DNA of 64,000 nucleotides, from positions 22,478,912 through 22,542,911 of the forward strand of contig NC_092675.1 of NCBI RefSeq assembly GCF_964355755.1, written 5' to 3'. The position numbers were made by a program, and so were the translations under genes. The stretch is from Antedon mediterranea. Its lineage: Eukaryota; Animalia; Echinodermata. This document shows, one piece after another, positions 54,701 through 64,000 of the stretch. The notes beneath the pieces were generated by a model. The model searched no databases, was not told the DNA's origin, and was given only the letters and a program-made list of their open reading frames with translations. Every line of letters starts with the position of its first letter. The first letter of the stretch is position 1.

Positions 54701-55942
54701 CTGCCCTTTGGCTAAATAATACTGGATACTTTCATTGATATGAACATTGTTTTTTGCCATCACCAACATATCTGCTGAACTGTTTGCTTCCTGTCTTAGT
54801 TGATATCTGTAAGATATAATATAGTAGAGCCTCTGTTCACCTCCAGGATCCAATTAACAAAGTTTCAAAAAGGGTCCTCTCAATAGTGGTGTCCCTAGAT
54901 TGGGTCGTCGTCACATTGCTCTCGTTCATCACATTTGCCTTTCGTACCTTGACTCGAGAGTGTCCTTATTATAAGTAACTCCTTAATAGTTATAATTGAG
55001 GATTGGTTTACTATACAGTATTTACGATAACTAGGAAGGTAAAGTCGAAACCTAAGCTAAATCTAACGGCCGTTGTGCCCATCTCCATTTCTTTAGCGTT
55101 TGGGCCAGACTCAACTAGGTTGAAAGGTTTCTACATAGGCCTACTGTCACATGTTTTTGTCATACATACCTGAATATCTTGCGATGTTCCTGATTAAAAA
55201 TCCGACAAGATTGGCATAATAATGACCGTTCAAGTGTTTGTAGCCTATCTTCAGATATATTACTATATGTATTTTCTAAACGAAGGTCGTTTGTCATCCA
55301 TTTGATATCCCTTTGAATGAAACAAATAATCATTGATAGGTGGGGTTGGTAGTTAACATTGGAATATCATTTTCAATCAATTGTATGCGCCTTTGTCTGT
55401 AAACATTTCCTATTTTAGAATACGCAATACTCAGTGCTGTAGCTCAACATACGATAATATTGGAGAATTCTAGATATAGTACCGGTAACCGAGAATCGGG
55501 TGTTTTTAAAGTAAACTTATATACCGTCAATATTTTAGTTAACCACAAGTTGTTAAATTTGTTATTTTTTAATTAAAAATACTGAATTAAGTAGGAATTA
55601 AACATGTCGTCGCTTAATGATCCTCCATTTAGTTGTATACCATTCTTATCAAATCTTTGTTTTCAAAAGTAAAGTGTTTCTTGTTGTGTTTGCTGACTGG
55701 TATACTGAGACTCTATATTGTTTATGATCAAATGTACTATAATTGACTTACCCTTTTGGTATCTGAAGCTGGTATCCGTTTGGGGTAATGAATCCATGGA
55801 GTTGATACACAAAAACTATTACTAGTATCGCTATTGCAACATTAAGCGGTTTAGGCTTCTTTTTATAACGTATAAAAATGCCTACAATAATTATTTTAAC
55901 AAATATTACTACTAGCACGAGTATAGGGTTTAGCGTAAGCAT
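51798..55942 (-). CDS. Alpha-2,8-sialyltransferase (ST8Sia family, GT29)
   Basis: Exons 55942-55752, 55310-55170, 54806-54656, 54054-53942, 53213-53124, 52582-52347, 52021-51798 join in phase. Sialylmotif L [32 protein letters not shown]...TMNPS, LIWIPAF, motif S PSTGFYLTTTALDLCNEVHLFGFWPF, motif III HYY, motif VS HNMTSEF, C-terminal GVLKLHIGKC. Confidence 0.93.
52735..53075 (+). mobile_element. tRNA-derived SINE
   Basis: B-box-like GGGTTCGAGGCTC, central CTATAAACCGTAGGTCC...GTGCACTTTAAAGAACC block typical of invertebrate SINE cores, AGCGCT..AGCGCT stem-loop and ATT-rich tail. Confidence 0.65.
53273..53426 (+). mobile_element. Penelope-like pLTR relic: 41-bp inverted repeat enclosing a decayed hammerhead motif
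   Basis: 53273-53313 is the reverse complement of 53386-53426 (1 mismatch); between them lies CTC-CTGAGGA-CGATCAAAGCATATTGAT-GAAAC-GTC. Confidence 0.55.
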
Positions 55943-57346
55943 GATAACTGTTGTGTCCACAGGTTGGACGGAGTAGGCATGGATGTCAAGTCTGGAAACC
56001 AATCAATGCAATTTGCTCTCTATCTCTAAATTAATAAATAGCACGTAAGTTAAGCTCAGAATTTAAAACAATTTTTGTCCTAAATTGATTGCAAAACCGC
56101 ATATTGTGAGGCTTATTTCTAGAGTAAAACACAATCACACGTATTAATACAAAAAGACTTTGACCCGTTTATCAATCTGTACTAACATTTTATTCATGGA
56201 TCAAGCCGTATTGTCAATATTGGTCTTAAATAATTTCAGCAACCATTCAATGCAATGATATGAAGCTCTACATTGTTACGTAATAGTCCATATGTTGTTT
56301 CCACCACCCGGCGTTCTTTTCATGGTTGATCAATTCTACGTATTCGAGATTCCTTTTACTGCAAAATGACAATAACTATACTAATTATATTTAAAAATAT
56401 TTAAAAACAGAAAAGGTTACAGAATGCTGCCTGTTTTTTTTCCATTAACGCTAAATTATTCTTCACCTGGAAAATGTACATAATCATTTGAATATAATAC
56501 TTCCTTAAAGATCACATGTATTTTTGTTTTACTACCGTATATTAATGACATGAGCCGCTGAGTACGTGATGACGAACGCGACACACCAAATGACACTACC
56601 ACCATTTACAGAGTTGGTTGGTGGAATTGTATCTACACGTTACCAGCATGTGGCAATCGGTGTATATTCTTAATGCCATTTGATACATATCTCATCTGTA
56701 ACAAAATACCATCTTTTTTGTCAAAACAATCTTGTATGTATTTTAAAGTATACATATTATTAGTGTAATTGCTTCCGTTTGTGTCTAGCGAAAATATTTC
56801 ATAGGCCTCATTTATACTGAAAAGATTCTTAATAATGACCTAATGGTAATCGTTTTGATATCTTACAGATTGTAATTCTCTATAACATTATTAATGTACT
56901 ATCGTTTATAAAGTTACTATACACATGCGCACGAACATTAAAAAGATTTGCATTTTGGGTCATGCTCAGTCAGACATTTGCACTATACTAGTCCTACGTG
57001 ACCACATGATGACATTGTCATGATATTCTATTTGTTCCTGAATCATATACTGAACAGAATGTGAGAAATAGCATCTGCTTAATACGTATATATTTGTACA
57101 AGTTAACCAGCCGATTCTCAATAGACCTATTGCCCAGTCGTATCATATATACCGTTAGAAGTTGGATTTTTAAGAGAATTAGAAAGACCCGATGTCATGA
57201 ATTTAAATAATCATTTATCGTAGCCCGTTACTAACTATTTTATTATTGTAGGCCTATAAAAACGATGTTAAGCTCAATTTTAATTTTAACTCTAAAGAGT
57301 TGCATGTCTAGTACGTAGTGTAGAACGTAAGAATTACCATTAAAGT

Positions 57347-57710
57347 TTGGTTCCCACTAGAACGTAACGTAAGGACGTAAATGCAACGCAAGCGTTTTAA
57401 CCAATGACAAGCGAAGTTATAGACAGTTAGCAGTCACAAGCGAATAAGCCATCGCTTGTGATTGGTCAATTCACTTGCGTTGCGTTACGTCGACCTTATA
57501 ATAATAATAATAATAATAATAATAAGATTTTTATAGCGCACATACCACTCCAGAGTGCTCAAGGCGCATTTAAAAATAAAAATAAATAAATCATACAAAT
57601 TCCTGATTACGTACGTAAAATTGTGCAAATTGTTATGACTACGAAGGGGAAATACATAGAATACATATTAAGTGAATTAAGTCCTTGTGTTGCGTCGCTA
57701 GTGGGAACCA
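57347..57710. mobile_element. MITE family B copy interrupted by a ~190-bp composite insertion
   Basis: Left TIR 57347, body to ~57491, resumes GTCCTTGTGTTGCGTCGCTAGTGGGAACCA at 57681-57710. Confidence 0.7.
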
Positions 57711-57726
57711 CGCTTCACTCTCTAAT

Positions 57727-57885
57727 GCTTGGTTCCCACAAGAGACGCAACGCAAGGACGTAAGACGCAACGCAGGCGAATTGAGCAATCGAAAGCAATG
57801 GATTATTCAAACTGTCGCTTGTGATTGGTCAATTCCCATGTGTTGCGGCTTACGTCCTTGCGTTGCGTCCTAGTGGGAACCAAGC
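57727..57885. mobile_element. MITE family B, full copy
   Basis: GCTTGGTTCCCAC..GACGCAACGCAAGGACGTAAG ... CTTACGTCCTTGCGTTGCGTCCTAGTGGGAACCAAGC. Confidence 0.85.
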
Positions 57886-58068
57886 TTAATATGTATTCTA
57901 TGTATTTCCCCTTCATAATCATAACAATTTGCACAATTTTACGTACGTAATTAAAATCGGGCTATAATAATTTGGTAGAATAGTTCTAGCTCGTATTCTA
58001 CAAATTTACCTAGCTCATAATTGAATAATAAGAATAAAATTAATATTTATAACTTTTGTCTAATACTC

Positions 58069-61000
58069 CTATTGCACTTGTTGTATGTGTGTATCATAAT
58101 AATACAGAAATATTTTAGCTCTGTCGACAATTACATTGAGTAAATGTTCTATACCAGGTCGTCCACCAACCCCATCCCAGTAGGCCTTGTCGATAAACAA
58201 CGATTGTAACAGCTTGAGTTTCAACTTGCCTTTCCGCATAATATCAACTGCTCCAACAGGAAACCTGTGAAAAGAAGGTGTGAACATGATACCATAAAAG
58301 CAGAGAAAACAGAATATGTCAAGAGGATCATTTATCATAAAGAAACCTCAAAGGTGGAGCTGTAGCTTGGTGGTTAACGTGCTTGCCATCCAATCCCAAG
58401 GTCCAGGGTTAAATCCTGACCAAGTGCCAGGGTTGTAACTCGCCACTCTTTCAAATCCACTCCCTAAGCCTCAAATAAGACTTTATAAGCATGATAAATT
58501 ATAAAATAGTTTACCCATCCTGTAATTTGATTGGATGAGTATGAAATAAATAAAAAGAAGCCTAGGATATATTAAATGCTATTTAATTTGTAATACGAAC
58601 AAAGGAAGTAATGGCCGAATTAAACTTCATATTTATTTAATCGTATTTTTAATTGTATTCTTAACATGAATGAATTTAAAATGAATCTTAAACAGAAGCT
58701 ACGATAATAAGCACATAATAGTCCATCCGGTTTTTTTTTAGTCTCAGTAGTGTTTTTCTTAAAATTTGGATACCTCTACTACTGAGCTGTTCATTAAGAG
58801 AAAACATGTTTGTAGATTACGAATGTGTAATTACATGATTTTAAATTAACAGATGATCTAACGTTCTCATGTTAAAGAGTTGTTGTTGTTGGTACTCATG
58901 TGCTACTTAATTGCTAAAACTGGTAGTAATTAATAATTGTTATATTATAAGTAGCTTTATAAATTTAAACAAATATATTACAAAACTTTCTCTCAAGACT
59001 TGTAATTAGTTTTTTTATTCTATCTTAAAACTTGTCTGTAAGTATAATTCATTGTAACTATGTATTTCTGAGTTTCAACAACTATGCTTCCAGTTTGAAT
59101 TAAAACCATTTCTATATAAGAATTGGGAACTGTGTATTTAGAATTTGAATTGATATTTATTGCGTTCGATGTGAAACGCTACGTCATCAAACACCATAAT
59201 CTTTGATCTGACAGAACTCGATGGGTACATGCCGGGTGCACAACATGCTTGCTGCGAGTAACCACTTTATTATGAAATAGCCTAATTAGTTTTTCCGCAC
59301 GAAGCTGTTAAAAAATTAAAATGTGCTGCTGGTTGTTTTAACCAAAATGCCGCTTTTGACCTTTCTGAGACATCAGGTCATTTAAAGTTGAAATTAAGGG
59401 TAGGCCTATAATGTTGTACGATGGGGCTCAAGCCTCTGGAGATGATATTGTAGGCCTACACATGTATTTGTTGCGTATAATGTAAGAAATGAATACTTAC
59501 TTTCGAACTCTGTTAAGAATCTCGAAATCAACTGATTTTTCTGAACGTATGATATTCATGTCATTTTTTAAAAATAATAGTTGATTGCTGTTTTGTGATT
59601 TGTGTACAGTACCAATATTTGTGTTGGAGCAATCTTTAATATTGACAGTATTCAAACATTCGTTTTCAGCTGGCTGAATCCCACAGCAGTGTTTATTCAA
59701 TCGATTGTGGTTCTAAAGAAGATAAAGAACAATGGTGTTGTTGGGACTACATCAATATTTCTACCGAAGCTTGATACATGATATTATGTCTAGTGACAAT
59801 AAACAGCCTACATTACCGTGTCTTCTGACTGTAACATTCGTCACACTATGTGTTAGGCTAATATGTAGATGTTAATAAATATGTATTGACATCAGTAGAC
59901 ATGGTAATATAGACTCTTTATTTTCGCCGGGTACCGAACATCGGATGAATTTTTTCTTTATTCAGTTTATTAACATATATTTTGGAAAGTTAAAAATTGG
60001 ATAGAAACATTGTTCGTATAGTGTAAAACTGCTTTACTACAACTTCTTTTTTTAGTTTCATCAATCGCGAATAACTAAACCTTTCTTAAATATTACCTTG
60101 TGGTGTGGAATTTTTAATAAACAGAGCAAATGGTTTAATAAATCCATTTTAAACTAATTTGAGTAGTTTGTTTTAAGATAATAAAATACGTTTGTCGCCA
60201 TTAATTCAAACAAAAAAGTTGTTCATAACTTACCTGCAGGAGAAAATCAAACAATGCCAGCTTTCCCCACTCTAGACCGTCAATTCCGCCACATTTCCTA
60301 GACCTACTGATATCCGAAAGCTGGACATTTTTACATGATAAAACATCTTGCTTTAAAAGATCACCAACTGCTTGAATATCTAAATTATTTCTCATTGCCA
60401 CCACGGAATGCAGTGAGTTCTCTGGAATGTTTAAAGTTCTTGCAACATTTCCTTTCATACGTTTTGCCACAGTTGGCATTACTCTACGTAAACCAAGAAC
60501 TCTGTCCAAATGAAAAGCTAGAACTTCATGCAAAGATAACGAGTGTGATGTCAGACCATATACTTTAACATCTGACGGTTTGATTCCTAAACCTTCAATG
60601 GCTTTGTGTTGAAAAGCATCGTGATGAGTTTCGTGTGTAAATCGTAGTGTTTTCCAATTTATGTCGTTTGGAGTTAGTTCTAGATTACTAATACGTAGGA
60701 CATCTTTATCTTCTGAGAGTGTTATCATTGAATTAATGTCTTCAACAGAAAACCATTCTGGCTTTGCAAAAAATCGTATACTTCCTTTGACGTAGGCGGC
60801 AGATTTTTGTACCATATTTTGGGTTTTTCGAATGTTTTTACTCAGACCTAACGGAGAATCAAAAAGGCCACTTCTATCTTCTCCTATTGACGTCTGAGTA
60901 TAGTGAAATTTACTTCTTATTGCTCGTTTATCTCTTTCTCTCATACGTTTTAATTCGACTTTGTCTTCTTTTTTTGCTCTTACAATTGGCTTAGGAGTAT

Positions 61001-61292
61001 GTTTACGGGTATCTTCAATAGTAACGTAATGCACGTTTGAAATACTTCTATCCAAGGTCAGTCGTTTTAAACTTCTTTGATTTAATTTGTGCTTACGTAA
61101 ATCTTCATTATTGTTCGATTGTTTTTGCAGTATCCCCTGCCTACTACCTGATGCCAAATGCTTTCTAGAGTTTGCAATGACGTTTTCGCCAAACTGATTG
61201 TATATCGCCAAACTGATCATAACAGAAACTGTAGCAACATAAATGATCTTTCTAAGTCTCCTTGAAAGGTATAATTTATGTCGCCAACGCAT
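58069..61292 (-). CDS. GASK1: Golgi-associated kinase 1 / FAM198 family protein
   Basis: Exons 61292-60234, 59712-59501, 58264-58069 join in phase. N-terminal signal anchor, EVLAFHLDRVLGL, EWGKLALFDFLLQ|NHNRLNKHCCG, KLLQSLFIDKAYWDGVGGRPGIEHLLNVIVDRAKI. Confidence 0.9.
58356..58500 (+). mobile_element. tRNA-derived SINE head
   Basis: GGAGCTGTAGCTTGGTGGTTAACGTGCTTGCC...GGTCCAGGGTTAAATCCTG with degenerate A and B boxes. Confidence 0.5.
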
Positions 61293-62924
61293 CTCTTGAA
61301 AGTTTAAGAACTCGCATATTATTTTAATTAAAGTTAAGATTTAGACGTTAGACCACTAATCTTACAGACAAACAAAATGCCAATTTGTAAACTTTCAAAA
61401 AGCGAAATAATGATCAAATGTTACTCAAAGTGTACTTACTGTTCGGTATGGTTGAAAGCTCAGTATTATATTAATACTAGCTGTTCTAAATCGGTGTTTG
61501 AAACGTCATTTGACGAAATCTTGCTTATAAAAATCAAAATAGTGACTCAGCGTCGAGACGCTTGAACTCATTGGTTAACCGTGTCGTACTGATCGGCGGG
61601 GGAGGGTCTATCGTATGTTTCACATAAGTAATAGGCCTACTGGAGAAAGTGATTCACCGGGGTGTTGTCTAGTTTAGCTGTATTTGGTAATCGAACGATG
61701 AATGCTAAGGGTCAAATCACCACTGGAAACCTATCGAGATCAACTAGCCAAAGAGCTCAATTTCTTCTTTCTTGAAGGCCCTGCTGAGTTTAACCTTCGG
61801 TGTCGCCAATTATTTACCATAGCTTGTACTGAATCTCTTGTCTAGCGACAATTTTGAATTATCATCTGGGTGACGAAAATAAACAATAATGTTGAGAGTT
61901 ATCGCTGTAATCTTACGTCTCTCCTGGTTACTTACTGTCCTGTACCGAAGTACAACATCCATGCAAACAAGTCTTACGCAATTAAGTTGATTTAAATTCA
62001 ATTAGTTGTCAAGAATGTTCAAAACAATATTCCTAAAATATAAAACGTAAATACTAGCAAACAATTCCGATTTTGTAAATTGTCATGATCCAAAGACTTC
62101 CAAGTTGATTGATCTATCCCTAAAATCAACAAGACAATTACACACTAAATTTACAAACAGTAACTTATATCTACACACGCTCCAGTGTTTGCTCTGTGTT
62201 TCTGCACTTGAAAGAATGTAAGTTATACTATCTTCGTCAGTGTTAATATTACTTCTGTAGAGTATTTTTACGAACTAAATATTATATATCACTGCTCCAA
62301 AAAACTAACAATTCACGAAAACCTAGTCTGCTAAAGTTTGTATAAAATCTTTATATATCATTGTGGTTCGTTTTCGTTTCTATATATTTTTTTTCTAGAA
62401 AAAAACACAACAATTTTTTGACAAAACCATGAATCCAACTTCCCACTAGACATCCAGTTGATAATCAGAAGACAGTGAAACAATCAATATAATTTATTCT
62501 AGACACCCTTTTGGTCTAGCTAAGTGAGTGATGTTAGGCAGCCAAGTGAAATAAATGAAAACTGAAATTAGGCCTTTTTGTTATTTATTGCCGAAAACAA
62601 ATAACACAGTGCCTATTCCTTTTGGGGTACCGTAGGATTAATCTATTTTTATCCTCTTGATTATTCAACTGATTTATTCAAGATCGACCGCCGAACATAT
62701 TAGGCCTATATCTGTTATTTTCCTTCACTATAGTGATTGGAATGATCCGTCTCCGCCACTGCCCTCATGTGCTTATTATTGATTTTTACAATACTATTAT
62801 TTAGCATGGTTATATTCTAACCGTTTAAACGGACTATATTGTGTTTTTATAATTTAGTTTTAAAACAAAACAAAATCATCCAATTTTCCTTTAGATTTCC
62901 ATTTTTGTAAACAAAGAATTCTGA

Positions 62925-63111
62925 AGGTACATTTTGCGCGCCATATTTCACGCTTCAATGACGACCGTTGTTGTGATTGGACAACTACCGTGACATAAAT
63001 ATATATGTGGCCGGGAATTTTAAAATTTAAAATACTTTTTGTTTTGTTATGATCCGTGGTCATGAATGCTGTTCATTTTAGTGATAATCGTGTTTTATAT
63101 TTTATTTTAAG
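62925..63111 (+). promoter_or_regulatory. Probable PIF1 promoter and non-coding first exon
   Basis: E2F-like TTTGCGCGCC (~62933) and GCCGGGAA (~63010), ATTGG (~62976), donor AAG|GTAAAT at 63111/63112, acceptor TTTACAG at 63651. Confidence 0.5.
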
Positions 63112-63660
63112 GTAAATTTTGATTAGCACATTAGATAGAATATAATGTTTTGTTATCGTTTGTATACGACGTTAAGGAGTAGACTAAGACTGATGTGTTA
63201 GTTGGTGCTAGTTAGGCTAGGCCTCTAGCCTAGCCTGTCTGTTATTTTTCTGTATTATTTTATGTGTCTACTAGCGGCGTACTGTTGCGTTGGCTAGCTA
63301 GGCCTAGGCCTAGTAGTAGTAGGTAGAGAAGGTCATCGGATCCATTCATGATCCATAATAGACGTGGCCTGCTTTGAGGTCTCTGAGTCAGCAAAGTACT
63401 TGTTATTGTTAAGCATCCATAGGCCTAGGCTTTTTGCTTGGGAATCCTTATAGACTAGTTAATATAGTTAACCTAATTATTTAGCTGGCCATATATATGC
63501 AAGCATGCTAGCATATGATTTATATGATGCTAGTTAGTAGTAAAACTGGTATTTAAGTCCCTACACACTACAGTTTAACCACACTACTAGATAGACTGCA
63601 GTCTACTACTAGCTTGTATATTGTATAGTCATTTTGTATTTTTGTTTACAGTGATTTGAA

Positions 63661-64000
63661 ATGGAAAGTGCAGAACTTAGTTGCAGTATTACCATGCAAA
63701 CACTAAATGTTAGCGGAGAAATCATTAAACGGCACACATCAAGAACAGCAAATGTGATTGTTGGTCGCAACCAGTTTAAAGATGTCATTCTCAAAGTGAC
63801 AATTAACAATAATGTCACAAAATACTGTATGACTGAAAATGTTAAAGTACATAAACGATTTGTAAGAGAGGGCAAAGCAACAATAGCATTCCCACAAAAA
63901 AGAATACAACTTCTTCTGTCAAACTGCCCTCCACACAAACTTAATGCCCTCATAAAATGTGTTGCCTTGAAAGTAGAGTGTAGTAAATCAAAAAAACCTT
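63661..64000 (+). CDS. PIF1: ATP-dependent DNA helicase PIF1, N-terminal PH-like domain (partial, runs off the window)
   Basis: Open frame missing from the ORF track: MESAELSCSITMQTLNVSGEIIKRHTSRTANVIVGRNQFKDVILKV...VHKRFVREGKATIAF..IQLLLSNCPPHKLNALIKCVALK. It matches the PIF1/LRR1 N-terminal domain, and the GRN-x-F/RT motifs favour PIF1. Confidence 0.82.
   Translation, partial: MESAELSCSITMQTLNVSGEIIKRHTSRTANVIVGRNQFKDVILKVTINNNVTKYCMTENVKVHKRFVREGKATIAFPQKRIQLLLSNCPPHKLNALIKCVALKVECSKSKKP

Noticed and set aside
36812-61292. Functional cluster of secretory-pathway genes (CAML, ST8Sia, GASK1)
   Set aside because: Mixed orientations and unrelated interleaved genes; no evidence beyond chance adjacency
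63609-63953. 114-aa minus-strand ORF
   Set aside because: Antisense shadow of the PIF1 exon; 37986-38330 and 50123-50398 are likewise shadows of real exons

Overview
AT-rich, intron-containing animal genomic DNA, not prokaryotic. The alpha-2,8-sialyltransferase and the repeat landscape suggest an invertebrate deuterostome, possibly an echinoderm (inference). Six spliced protein-coding genes were reconstructed by hand with consistent intron phases: Drgx/Prrxl1 paired-class homeobox with OAR motif (+, ~13.9-26.7 kb), CAML/GET2 (+), a C19orf44/DUF4614 homologue (+), an ST8Sia-like sialyltransferase (-), GASK1/FAM198 (-) and the 5' end of PIF1 (+, runs off the window). Most ORFs in the supplied track are spurious. 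The non-coding DNA holds minisatellites, several MITE families, Helentron-like elements, SINEs, tRNA-like sequences, a Mutator-like foldback element in two copies, and a 3.4-kb element with a nested P-like element. The most notable signal is a set of minimal type I hammerhead ribozyme motifs. Two are identical 45-nt copies 30 kb apart, one of which closes a 278-bp retrozyme-like monomer; two others are degenerate. There is also an orphan minus-strand promoter and first exon at ~40.7-40.9 kb with no matching coding gene in the window. Gene and element names come from recalled sequence motifs, not database searches.
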